From: Chlorobium sp.
GTDB taxonomy: Bacteria; Bacteroidota; Chlorobiia; Chlorobiales; Chlorobiaceae
Assembly (NCBI GenBank): GCA_005843815.1
Contig: SZYA01000026.1
Span: 3,949-67,948 of the forward strand
DNA length: 64,000 nucleotides
Direction of reading: 5' to 3'
The notes beneath the pieces were generated by a model that had not been told where the DNA came from, did no database searches, and was given only the letters and a program-made list of their open reading frames with translations. Positions 30,101 through 36,191 of this stretch are shown here, piece by piece; the stretch's first letter is position 1, and every line of letters starts with the position of its first letter. The position numbers and the translations under genes were made by a program.

Positions 30101-31727
30101 TGGTGGCGCAGGTAATGATACCATTTTTGCTGGTGCAGGCAACGACAAGGCGATTTTCAGCGGCAACTATGGAGATTATACTGTTGTCATGCCCGGTAGC
30201 GCAGGGGCTGATTTTACTGTCACCCACAACAATGGAGGAACAGATGGTGTAGATACCCTGAACAGTATTGAAGAGCTGCTTTTTGCCGACAAGGTTGTGA
30301 AAGTTATTGTTGGTGGGGTCGCGGCCAGTGTTACTTCAATACTTCTTGATACCGATGGTAACAAAAAGGTTGACCAGACCATCTGGACTGGTACCGATAA
30401 TGCCGACACGATTACCGGCAGTGCAAACATGACCAACATTATTGATGGTGGAGCAGGGAACGACACACTTACTGGCTCCAATCTGGCAGATACCTTTACA
30501 CCGGGCGCTGGTAACGATGTTATCGACGGAAAAGGTAACGAAGGGGTGGATGCCAGTGGTATGCAGTCTATGGATATTGTGCAGTTCAGTGGTAACAAGG
30601 CAGACTATACCATTTACACGGTAGAGAAGAGCAACTTCACCTTGTCGGGAGTTGTTGAGGCTGGCGACATCTATACCGTCGTGGTGGGCAGCCAGACTGT
30701 AACGTACACTGCATCTACAGGTGCAACATTGCCAACGGTGGCCACCGGTCTGGCAGCCGCTGTTCAGACAGCGGTAGATACCGCTTCAACGGTTTTCGCA
30801 GCCGCAGCAGATGGTGCCGCTATCACCCTGACAGGTGAGGATATGATATTTGCTGTTACCCCGTCAGTGACCAACGGCATTCGCTCTGCGACTGGTGCTA
30901 CAGGACTTGCCGTAACAGGTGTGACCGTCAGCGGAGCAAACCAGAGCGGCTCCTCTCTTGTGGTGAACAAAGTGGATGGATTGTCGGTGGGCGATTATGT
31001 TGCCTACAGCGTTTTGACGGATCTGAATGGCAACGGTAACACAAGCGATGCCGGGGAGACGGTGAGCTATGGACCCTACAAGATCACCTCAATTGATACA
31101 GGAACAACGAAGACGCTCACCTTGAACAGCACTCTTGGTGTGTCGCCAACTAATGGCGCGACGGTAACGCTGACTGAGGATAACCCCGATACAACGGGCG
31201 CAGTTACCGCAGTGACCTATGACCGTTCTGTTACCGTGAGCAAAGGTGGTGAGAGCGATATTCTGCGAAATATTGAAAATCTGGTATTCGATGACCAGTC
31301 CATGCAGCTCATTGCAAGTCATACATCCAAAGCTGTTATGACCACTTCTGGCCTTGTAACGACCAACTATATCACGGGGACAGCCCTTGCCGATCTGATA
31401 CTGGGAAGCAGCGCAAAAGAGATTTTTACCGGTGGCGATGGCAGCGATCACCTTGTGGTTGGCGATGGCAGCGGTGTGGATCAGGCGCAGGGGTTTGTGG
31501 CTGGTGCCGGTGGCGATGTGCTGTCGATTCTTCTCGGGGCCAATGATACCGATGGCTTGAACGGGACAAAAATAGACACTGTTTCCGGAATCATGGCGCA
31601 CGCCGCTCAACAGGGCAGCGATACCCTGGTAGACCTTGGCGCAGGCAACTCTATTCTGCTGGTGGGGGTTTCAAGCAGCAGCCTCACCGCTGCAAACTTT
31701 GAAATTGTTCATGCAGCAACCTTCTGA
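18141..31727 (+). CDS. Giant (4528 aa) RTX-type Ca-binding repeat protein, a probable T1SS-exported adhesin. Order: DUF4347-like N-domain, cohesin-like region, beta-rich region, about 19 RTX-containing modules, RTX-type C-terminal region
   Basis: Uninterrupted 13.6-kb ORF with an AAGGGG SD. It has dozens of GGxGxD nonapeptides (e.g. 'GGTGNDTIDGGAGNDTAYF'). Each module ends in a recurring 'G(T/S)D.L.N(I/V)E.LQF.D' motif, and I counted 19 occurrences with 390-1005 bp spacing. The C-terminus '..GSDTLVDLGAGNSILLVGVSSSSLTAANFEIV' is typical of T1SS substrates. There is no N-terminal signal peptide. Confidence 0.9.
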   Translation: MNIDAVVESNGAALSGADLLKNFCSMEEFDTTENRELRTLVIADTDIEDAAVLLEQLEPGTELWRVDLRSDFADTLHNALSGGYDKLHFVGHGQPGSITLGGKVLEAEDFTALSGAQVDAPSIHFWSCMTGAGAKGRAFVHHIAEAFDTVVTAFGGLVGAGNKGGSWMPDVFSRADASVAPPFVNALAYQHTLLASALKLLSVVTATGIDVQVRLAAGTVIDKADLVLSYDTAKASYTGAKGNPALTGWSWVPNLDSPGHLLIGGSSLTSINNSTSEVVLARISFTLPQGSTEFGASLASGTTLLVGNSQVSLGTLPTLDTILISSVPVWQSFTPPSDLTYTAGSTISLDFPLYATDPDGDAITYKASVGQMVDNIFFGVANAQQISLTLSNGHLTGSTTVPAQAAAGSYVMRLLADDKLTDTNNGAALDVPFSVISTATINNITINTTGNVSGTPLPSESYYAFHSATDVLAAIGDYGFSLNLKTDTDTNPLTFNASWNWLNSSGNISQTSAGVLTFQDTDTSKSGPELWSVTFNNVDTGVLLADGTDADTLPDGFVSNDVSFPLVWQAKDANNVIATFTATGKDSSNSDVTINGVLKDTNSDGKPDTIAGTQGTQTFNLPFSFTDTNNDSIPDHFTITESQIRSGRVQVDASGNPAGLYLNNSITFDLGTTGAALASLGSIVVKLATANAGMNGANVSVASLTFDGTHLTVPLSGTDAVTSQPYYLYPNSGADIFVKVPAGVVVGQTDIVKAWQVGNVDNNSYSLSPMTVVGSSGTSGADWVTGTAVNDSIEAGAGNDIIQWSAGNDTVDAGDGYDKVYLQLSTPATSKELDAAGVLHIKTVAISGTGTSTGTGTGTGTGTGTSTMVDAYRITKEAAADSFKIQKMDTAGTSVAQTMILKNAELVAAGSQTFQLKIASGGGQYVSGTPWDDQINLDAASLGNLVQVFGDTGKDLLVVDMGAGYNKFEMVKSGTSYLLKGTLISGGSLVELGHLMPLQYGNGATMTVGTGTTAKSFGVYDIESFRLVSGSVIFDVDSSQFAEVSFYGNSYQNNIYGTSNADTIDADALASANSATTNKDWIYGIGGADSIKAGTGDDYIDGGTGNDTIDGGAGNDTAYFQGSKSDYTVTKGTDAGGKYLEVTGKTGEVDKLYNIEVLQFMDGRQEFSVTFNAAYDSNNWSSNTINGTGLDDVIDADALAAENPYKGSKWLTINFTPGQTDYVLGAKDFANNGTVSFTATELSSLTAANLELRHNGQVVSTPLSGVTVADITNGSYILHWTGTTTPLSSVFTVDVEAVNSHNDRIEGNEGNDSIIAGAGDDTVHGGAGNDSIDGGSGKDTASYNGNTSDYTITNANGVLTVTDNNTTNGDDGTDTLLNIERLQFLDGDQVLAVSFTAANDSGSYAQNNITGTLRDDTIDADALAAAYVGTLATHRDSIDAGAGNDLIDAGLGGDQIRGGVGNDTIDGGEDTLADRLLTVNSNNGFGFENRAIYTGQAKKYTITEHIGEAGNSDHVPAGQRYYIVEDTRSGFPDGTDIVYNVDTLQFSDKEVRLSASLWFNRFSQDTLVTPTGSLVDSAKTVTAADFAPDQQLSQVTFSREQVNGTLRLNGVDLVSLVVSGADIAAGKLTFQPSSGQDFSLRANVEVYNLNADGTAYADTIGYAFGATVPTGSYDFSGSDRLNGGAGNDKLYGGSGADTFRGDAGNDTIDGGTGRSLLSKATWDPNGSNGYDVAEFTGIASRYSITFTNDLGVTVDGFDPAGSVIVKDSKLDSKGGDGTDTLSGVEVLRFSDGEKNLSVLEYENFYYDWLTQAKISTGYRWEGSDYADTITSTSPLRDEVHAKAGNDTISTGGGGDWIDGGEGNDTIDGGTNGTLDQWVNIAVDIANYDAPMRRFDITKNGDGSIQVTDRLGAEFGGFGSDKLSNIEQLQFNDGSIDLAVQFNSNNGAFGQNNITGTQFKDVVDADSFVTIQGGNHNDYIDSKAGDDVVYAGLGADRIKDGTGNDFYDGGANGTSEQTLNNQDVVEFTGAQKRYSVDVIKYADLDSTVKANITEKYSGADIPATIVRVTDKIPDVSGGDGVNYLINIERIQFQDGGIDLGINFNPASSGASWDRNNIQGGLLDDSINADTLGSSAPVHRDYIDGGAGNDTLLGGAEGDELRGGLGNDVLDGGENGAADENGYFDPWQDLDRATFSNSINRYDIQFFRTESGGGYNNMGVALANGGYAKSDYYTDSGIIVVQDLYDAAHGGEGRDVLSNIEVLQFSDTWEQLKVQYQSSSYDQYGYVDKGAGNWSWEMTGTINRLDGWGTRFGDLMVGTTNAQNNLNGNGGNDSLVGGALRDDLHGGAGNDTIDGGGNPSPNPTTPWDTSGYDVAWFDADRSEFEITQNGNSFTVKHLIPESLGGQGTDIVRNVERLQFRDTSEDLVVLVTQGASHKNGDVWVTYSNYVGTNFADNVQDAVAGGESDFQMKNGNDTVVAGTGNDHVKAGGGDDLIYLDTTDINASGGGDDQANLGTGNDTVYGGTGYDNVYYDDAVQRYAITVHASNGNAQLATFSLAGPPSGAGVYSGTLNFTNTTLGSSYDDTTMYVKVVDTLAEQYGGEGTDQLHGIEQITFEGGILHLQTGTINEVTYQTGDFAVKETTVGTDGTNGTSANDTISGTDGTDWLQGWAGNDLLSGGAGDDSLNGGLGNDTLIGGLDNTADRNSYWNAGDTAQYAGAVRERLHISGKMTDSNGSVTGTSGESYYIVTDLASLKDKTLADELKYFSSNVNQNVGYGQDALVGIERIQIGDSLLQLAPVTNTSTWTSSWWDYTTGQSHEYQVSRTYITGTFLDDLLMSTTNGGDEIDGKGGNDTIDGGNETAALGNLWEIQDVVRYTGSRERYIVKGVLVDIAGTTYTIVDPSNAKATSVFGIQIQDVLPDSAGGTGTDLLVNIERVEFNGSQLSIKPMVNTSFDGSVNVQGTEFDDVLNGKEGNDQISGNAGNDTLLGGAGGDNLEGGAGNDVLVGGADGANSWETDTARYNASIDRFTVESVYVNSSYAVVDSGTTGAIAAYRVTDILPATDSASLGSDILVGIENLSFSDRWVSLAVNRWSWSDGQGNTNVNAEGTIFNDIIIEQESGSRDSMNGKEGNDVLLGGGNGDALRGGTGNDVLDGGANGTSGQGWQDQDVAEFSGPKGRYLWTALITTGDATTGTVVWNGSEVGTVSSGALTLSDTLSTDAASVLRLAFTTGNLFGKGAGYLVVDSLSADLGGDGTDLVFNVERFRFNDGDVELGIRADAWDWSGGEDGGPDGKPDSANVVGTGGADHVTLGDIATLTAKPGVSVETQIGYLEKIRLDVDLKEGDDTYIGGKGGESIRPGAGNDYIDAGLNEGTDQWGAAMRDEVHFEGKVSRYVIEDVALTNSGGTWSITSDHDTLTLTSNTTLTSTNATSLTLDLAGMQQGVLAMIAHAEGATTVNGWLVIDKLPAEFEGTGVDAIVGAEAFAFSDSWMPLTVDTFYQRDWKSSEIISANVRGTGGADTIKGNATYDFNGNDWIEGNGGNDKILAGAGGDNIRGGDGDDTIDGGANGTPDQWGYTPTDTAAYSGAFDRYVITRGTDTNGRSYVTVSDTDPAGDGTDTLYNIENLAFSDRGVRLGVESNTWRDWQSDKIMGVSVNGSMLADRIDASADEYVGLPHNIQGMEGNDTLIGGSGPDNFQGGTGDDEIIGGENGVDQFGNPGNDVVTYDGMSDRYTVTTIAAGTKVTIDGHDYTAGTDGAIVQVVDSMSAEDGGNGTDTLIGIESISFWDKWMPLQVTKTFTDFNGDGKADEAYQRGTDGADTLVGGSVNDRIDGGGGNDTITSAAGGDVITGGAGDDSIDGGDDGTDTLGNPLVDVAVYSGNYSNYTVSRSVSGVVTVKDNRTGTDNVSGTDTLVNVEALQFSDRFIGLQSTREVKDFNFDGVPDQIVLRGTDLLGDTMTVTPLESKINHLFEGLAGADSLTGGEGNDLFDGGAGNDTIFAGAGNDKAIFSGNYGDYTVVMPGSAGADFTVTHNNGGTDGVDTLNSIEELLFADKVVKVIVGGVAASVTSILLDTDGNKKVDQTIWTGTDNADTITGSANMTNIIDGGAGNDTLTGSNLADTFTPGAGNDVIDGKGNEGVDASGMQSMDIVQFSGNKADYTIYTVEKSNFTLSGVVEAGDIYTVVVGSQTVTYTASTGATLPTVATGLAAAVQTAVDTASTVFAAAADGAAITLTGEDMIFAVTPSVTNGIRSATGATGLAVTGVTVSGANQSGSSLVVNKVDGLSVGDYVAYSVLTDLNGNGNTSDAGETVSYGPYKITSIDTGTTKTLTLNSTLGVSPTNGATVTLTEDNPDTTGAVTAVTYDRSVTVSKGGESDILRNIENLVFDDQSMQLIASHTSKAVMTTSGLVTTNYITGTALADLILGSSAKEIFTGGDGSDHLVVGDGSGVDQAQGFVAGAGGDVLSILLGANDTDGLNGTKIDTVSGIMAHAAQQGSDTLVDLGAGNSILLVGVSSSSLTAANFEIVHAATF
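18249..18650 (+). other. DUF4347-like N-terminal domain of the giant protein
   Basis: 'LVIADTDIEDAAVLLEQLEPGTELW...YDKLHFVGHGQPGSITLGG..L' matches the pattern I associate with DUF4347, which is found at the N-termini of very large RTX/cadherin proteins. Confidence 0.6.
18726..19085 (+). other. Cohesin-like beta-sandwich region (hypothetical assignment)
   Basis: 'GIDVQVRLAAGTVIDKADLVLSYDTAKASYTGAKG....GHLLIGGSS.....EVVLARISFTLPQG' resembles the cohesin hallmark of a hydrophobic strand, then 'x-(L/F)-x-(Y)-D..(L/A)' and a later 'G.i.fa...g.l..i.F.v'. No HMM was run. Confidence 0.35.
20682..20735 (+). repeat. In-frame hexanucleotide microsatellite: GGTACA GGTACC AGTACT followed by 6 perfect GGTACT units, encoding (Gly-Thr)n
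   Basis: Counted directly: perfect (GGTACT)6 at 20700-20735 with imperfect units from 20682. The translation is 'GTGTSTGTGTGTGTGTGT'. Confidence 0.95.
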
Positions 31728-31732
31728 CCACT

Positions 31733-31770
31733 CCCTGTTCACCCGCCATCATGGCGGGTGAACAGGGTTT
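31733..31770 (+). terminator. Strong hairpin (15-bp perfect stem CCCTGTTCACCCGCC / GGCGGGTGAACAGGG, loop ATCAT) followed by a short TTT, 6 nt after the giant ORF stop
   Basis: Stem complementarity was verified by hand. The U-tract is only 3 nt, so termination efficiency is uncertain. Confidence 0.55.
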
Positions 31771-31814
31771 ACTCCTGTCGGTATTCTAATAATTAACGGT
31801 AAGGTACTTTACAC

Positions 31815-34800
31815 ATGGCATACGAAACCGAACACAGCCTGAGTACAGGCGTATCGAATGGTACTGCGGCACAAGCCAATCTTCTCAGTGATGGAGTTCT
31901 CACCATTGGAGCATTGGGCAGTGCCAGCGATGTTGATTATTATAAGGTAGTCACCACCGGTCCTGCCCTGATCAACCTGAGTTTTGCGACAAGTATTACC
32001 TCCAGCTCCACCTACTGGAATATAGGGTTGCTTGATTCGGCCGCCCTCGATTATCTCGTCTCTCCGACTCGATCCTTGACCGGAACACCACAGATTTCTG
32101 GCGCAAGCCAGTCAGGCACCACGCTTAATGTCAAGGGTTTGTCGACGACCCTGCCTGCAGCAGGCAGCCGCTTTACCATTGCCACCTCAGGCGCTGATAC
32201 CACCATTTATACGGTGGTCAGCGCAACCGCAATAAGTTCAGGGACTTCAACATTCACGCTTGACAAGGCGGTATCCTCTCCTGCTGATGCAGCCTCTCTT
32301 GTTTTTGACCCGGTCAATACATCGGTTGGCGCATCAACAACCCTGAAGGCATTGGTGGGTGCGGCGAAAACCTACTATGTCAAGGTAGCAAAGGGAGATG
32401 TAGCATCAACCCAGGAGTACAGTGTAACAGCCACGGTAACCTCTACCGTGGAGAGTGGTTTTAATGATACCAAGGCTGCCGCTGCAACGAGCAATAACCA
32501 TCTGCTGAGTGGTGTGGCGATGACCGGTAACCTGTCGGGTGATACGGATAAAGATGTCTGGCTCTTCACCACAGCGGCAGCATCTGATTTTACTCTCGAT
32601 TTTGCCGCTGCCAGCGGCAGTGCGGCATCAGCCGACTGGAAAACGACGGTCACTGACTGGAATGGGCAGAGTATCCTGAACAGCAATGGGGCTGCGATCT
32701 CTCTCAGTGCAGGCACATCAGCTACGGCCTCCATCTCCCAGGCCTATAATCCCGCACCAAAGACTTATGTTGTTATCGTTGAAGCGGCGAAAACAGGAGC
32801 AAGCACCAGTAATTACACACTGAAGGTGAGCGGCACCGCTCTGGACCTGAATGATACGCCGGTTATGACGGTTGGATCGGTCAGCTCCTCGGCCAGCAAT
32901 ACGGTTATCGATACAGGGGTGATAAAGAGCATTCAGGCAGGCGCAGACTCAACACTGTTGCTCTCCAGCCTTTTTTCAGCCACTGACGCAGATACGTCGC
33001 AGACACTCAGCTATGTGCTAAGTCTTGTCAAGCCTGCCGGATCTGGAAGTGGCGGATACCTTAAGGTTGGTGATGTCGCTTATGGGTTTGGTACAGGGAT
33101 GACATCGCCGGCCAATGTTGCCTTAAGTGCCGCTCAGATGGCGACGGCAAAGTTTTATGCAGGCACAGCAACTGGCGACTTGACCCTTACCCTTCAGGCG
33201 CGCGACAGCTCGGGTGCCAGCGATGGTTCTGATTATGGTGCCTATATGCAGCAGACCCTGCGCGTGGTCGATGCCGGTTATGCCGTCAAAGTATCGGCCC
33301 ATACAACGACTACTCTTCAGGAAGGCGCCAGCAGCAGCACCGATACCCTGAGTATTACTCTTGGGAAAGCGCCGGCCGCAGGTGAAACCGTTACTCTCTA
33401 TCTTGAGCATGGTGGTGAAGCATCCAGCGCTTTCCAGTTGAGTTACAGCACTTCAGTTCTTGGCTTTACCAGTACGAACTATGCAACGCCCCAGACGGTG
33501 ACGGTTACTGCTCGCGAGGATGGCCTGAAAGAGAGCAGCCAGACCGGCAAGGTCAGCTTCAGGGTGGTGAGCAGTGTTACGAATTCGGCGTTCAATGATC
33601 TTCTTGTGGATACACTCACCTACACGTTGACTGATGCCTCGAACCATTCGCCGACCGGTTCGGTTACGGTCACCGGTACTGCAACCCAAGGGCAGACTTT
33701 GACAGCCGCAAATACTCTTGCGGATTCCGATGGTCTTGGCACCATCACCTACCTTTGGCAGCAGAGTAGTGACGATACCAACTGGAGCACCATCGCTGGC
33801 TCGGGGACAGGTTCAACCTATACTCTGGCCAATGCACAGGTGGAGAGGTATGTTCGGGTGCTGGCCAACTACACTGATGCCTTGTCAAATGCCGAATCCA
33901 TCGCCAGCGCGACTCTCTCCAGCAGCGGCTCTTCGGTAAAAATCGGCAATATCAATGACGCACCCACCCTGGCCAACGCCATTGCTGATCAAACAGCCGT
34001 GCGTGGCAACATCTACAATTTCACTGTTCCGGCCACTGCTTTCAGCGATATCGATCCGGCTAACAGCGGCGGCACCCTGAGCTACACGGCAACTCTTGAA
34101 GATGGGTCAGCGCTCCCATCCTGGCTGACGTTTGCTCCTGCTACGCGTACGTTTTCCAGTACCAATGTAACGGCAGCAGCCTATTCGGTTATCAGTGTGA
34201 AGGTGACGGCTACCGATAATGCTGCAACGCCACTTTCGGTGAGCGATATCTTCACGATAACAGCAGGCGATCCCGTCAAAGGTTCTCCCGTGCTGGCGAA
34301 AGCTCTGGTTGACCAGTCGGCGACCCAGGCAGTCTCTTTTTCTTATACGGCGGCGGCGGCCTCCTTTACCGATACGGCTCCTGATGGCACAACAGATACC
34401 AGTGGAGCCCTCACCTATACTGCCACTCTTGCTGATGGCTCAATCCTGCCGACATGGCTGAACTTCTCCAGCAGTAGCGGCCTTGTTTTTAGCGGAACTC
34501 CGGGGAATGCTGATGTTGGCACCCTGTCGGTCAAGGTGACGGCTTCGGATGGCACCTCTTCGGCAAGTGATATATTTGGCATTGTTGTGGCTAACGTCAA
34601 TGATCTGCCAACGGGATCGGTTGCACTTGCAGGTACTCCGATTCAGGGAAATACCTTGACGGCAAGCAATTCCCTTGCAGATATTGATGGCATGGGCACG
34701 GTGTTTTACCAGTGGCAGTCCTCTTCAAATGGAACGGACTGGAGCAGTATCAGTGGAGCCAACAGTTCAACGATCAACCTTGCCCAGGAGCAGGTGGGCA

Positions 34801-35675
34801 AGCTGGTTCGTGTGGTTGCCAGTTATACGGACGCAAGGGGAACGTTGGAAAGTTACTTGACTAATACAAGTGAGAGGAGCTCAGCGACGACATCAGTAGT
34901 GAACATCAACGATGCACCCACGGGTGAAGTGACTATTACCGGAACCACCAGAGTGGGTCAGACACTTACGGCTGACGACCATACGCTGGCGGATGCAGAC
35001 GTTCTTGGTACGATCCACTACCAGTGGCAGGCCGGGGGTGTGGATATCAGCGGAGCGACGAATAAAACTTATGGATTGACCGCTTCTGAGCTTGGCAAGG
35101 TGATAACGGTCAAGGAGAGCTACACTGATGGAGGCGGAGCATCAGAGAGTGTGACAAGTGGAGCTACAACAGCGGTTTCGGCATCATCCTATGGTATCAC
35201 GGTCAATACCAAATATTGGAATAGTGAGACACTGATCAAGGGTGTAGAGCTGAAAACAGGGGCTCAAACTGGTGATACAGGTTCAGTGGTGCTGAGTGGC
35301 CATGCCGCGGGTCAAACGACCCTTACCCCTGCATTGACAGCGGATAGTGCGGCCAAAGGCGCTGTCGATCTGCTTGATACCATCGCTATTCTCAAGAGTA
35401 TTGTAGGACTGACGACCCTGAATGGCTATCAGCAGGTTGCTGCCGATTTTGACAAGGCTAACGGGGTAGATTTGAATGACGCTATTGCCATTCTCAAACA
35501 TGTTGTCGGTCTTCCAGCCCCGACACCGGAGTGGGCGTTTGTGGACAAGAGCGTTCTGCAGCCTGATCCTGCCCTCGCCATATCGCTCAATCTGACTGCC
35601 GATACCACGGTTGACCTGGTGGGCATTCTGAGAGGCGATGTTGATGGAAGCTGGTCTACCGCATTGCATGTATAA
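31815..35675 (+). CDS. 1286-aa mosaic surface protein: two PPC-like regions, a Calx-beta-like region, three copies of an ~80-aa 'GQTLTA..LAD.DGLG..YQW..YTD' module, two dystroglycan-type cadherin-like (CADG/He_PIG) domains and a dockerin-like C-terminus. No RTX repeats and no signal peptide.
   Basis: 'SASDVDYYKV' and 'GDTDKDVWLF' fit the PPC pattern. 'NDAPTL..IADQTAVRGNIYNFTVPATAFSDID...LSYTATLEDGSALPSWLTFAPATRTFSST' and 'LTYTATLADGSILPTWLNFSSSSGLVFSGTPGNADVGTLSVKVTASDG' fit the CADG pattern. The N-terminus is 'MAYETEHSLSTG'. Confidence 0.85.
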   Translation: MAYETEHSLSTGVSNGTAAQANLLSDGVLTIGALGSASDVDYYKVVTTGPALINLSFATSITSSSTYWNIGLLDSAALDYLVSPTRSLTGTPQISGASQSGTTLNVKGLSTTLPAAGSRFTIATSGADTTIYTVVSATAISSGTSTFTLDKAVSSPADAASLVFDPVNTSVGASTTLKALVGAAKTYYVKVAKGDVASTQEYSVTATVTSTVESGFNDTKAAAATSNNHLLSGVAMTGNLSGDTDKDVWLFTTAAASDFTLDFAAASGSAASADWKTTVTDWNGQSILNSNGAAISLSAGTSATASISQAYNPAPKTYVVIVEAAKTGASTSNYTLKVSGTALDLNDTPVMTVGSVSSSASNTVIDTGVIKSIQAGADSTLLLSSLFSATDADTSQTLSYVLSLVKPAGSGSGGYLKVGDVAYGFGTGMTSPANVALSAAQMATAKFYAGTATGDLTLTLQARDSSGASDGSDYGAYMQQTLRVVDAGYAVKVSAHTTTTLQEGASSSTDTLSITLGKAPAAGETVTLYLEHGGEASSAFQLSYSTSVLGFTSTNYATPQTVTVTAREDGLKESSQTGKVSFRVVSSVTNSAFNDLLVDTLTYTLTDASNHSPTGSVTVTGTATQGQTLTAANTLADSDGLGTITYLWQQSSDDTNWSTIAGSGTGSTYTLANAQVERYVRVLANYTDALSNAESIASATLSSSGSSVKIGNINDAPTLANAIADQTAVRGNIYNFTVPATAFSDIDPANSGGTLSYTATLEDGSALPSWLTFAPATRTFSSTNVTAAAYSVISVKVTATDNAATPLSVSDIFTITAGDPVKGSPVLAKALVDQSATQAVSFSYTAAAASFTDTAPDGTTDTSGALTYTATLADGSILPTWLNFSSSSGLVFSGTPGNADVGTLSVKVTASDGTSSASDIFGIVVANVNDLPTGSVALAGTPIQGNTLTASNSLADIDGMGTVFYQWQSSSNGTDWSSISGANSSTINLAQEQVGKLVRVVASYTDARGTLESYLTNTSERSSATTSVVNINDAPTGEVTITGTTRVGQTLTADDHTLADADVLGTIHYQWQAGGVDISGATNKTYGLTASELGKVITVKESYTDGGGASESVTSGATTAVSASSYGITVNTKYWNSETLIKGVELKTGAQTGDTGSVVLSGHAAGQTTLTPALTADSAAKGAVDLLDTIAILKSIVGLTTLNGYQQVAADFDKANGVDLNDAIAILKHVVGLPAPTPEWAFVDKSVLQPDPALAISLNLTADTTVDLVGILRGDVDGSWSTALHV
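35339..35513 (+). other. Dockerin-like duplicated Ca-loop/helix segment (hypothetical assignment)
   Basis: 'ADSAAKGAVDLLDTIAILKSIVGL' and 'ADFDKANGVDLNDAIAILKHVVGL' are two ~24-aa repeats spaced ~34 aa apart. They resemble dockerin repeats (D.D..G.v...D...iLk..vG). A third partial loop, 'RGDVDGSW', lies at the extreme C-terminus. Confidence 0.45.
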
Positions 35676-35741
35676 GGTATTATAATGTATATTATTCTAT
35701 ATTGAAAAGCGCTGAAGCATAAAACCAAAAAGGAGTAATGG

Positions 35742-36191
35742 ATGGCTGATTTTATTACAATTGCAAATAAGACGTATACCTACACCGCCGCAACTGACAA
35801 GACCACAGTTCAGTTTGACCTTTACTTTGCTGCCGCACTGATTGGTGGCTCAAAGATCAGTGGTGCGGTGATTGATCTGGCCTATCAATACTCATCTGTC
35901 AGTGCAAGTCAGGTAACCAATCCGTCATTCAGTTATACTGATGATTTTGGAGCTCAAACCGCCAAAGTCTGGTCCGATCCTCCTACAGTTAACCTGAACG
36001 GTGCCTCATCGAATGGCAAGATTGCCTTGGTGGCCGATCCAAAACTTCTGGCACAGAATCCGATTATTGGGACGGCCGGGCAAGTTCTTACGGTTAAGTT
36101 AGTGGTTTCCGGAAATGTGACTGATTTTGCAGTGACGTTACAAACTGATGCAAACGGTGGTGATAATTATATCACAACATCAGATGCGGTG
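35742..36191 (+). other. Cohesin-like N-terminal region (hypothetical assignment)
   Basis: 'VQFDLYFAAALIGGSKISGAVIDLAYQYSSVSASQV....NGKIALVADP......GQVLTVKLVVSGNVTDFAVTLQ' has cohesin-style strand spacing. No HMM was run. Confidence 0.3.

Noticed and set aside
23240-35650. RGD tripeptides ('TFRGDAGND' in the giant ORF, 'ILRGDVDGSW' at the end of the 1286-aa ORF) as integrin-type adhesion motifs
   Set aside because: RGD is expected by chance in about 7500 residues rich in G and D, and here it falls inside Ca-binding loop contexts. Nothing supports a specific function.
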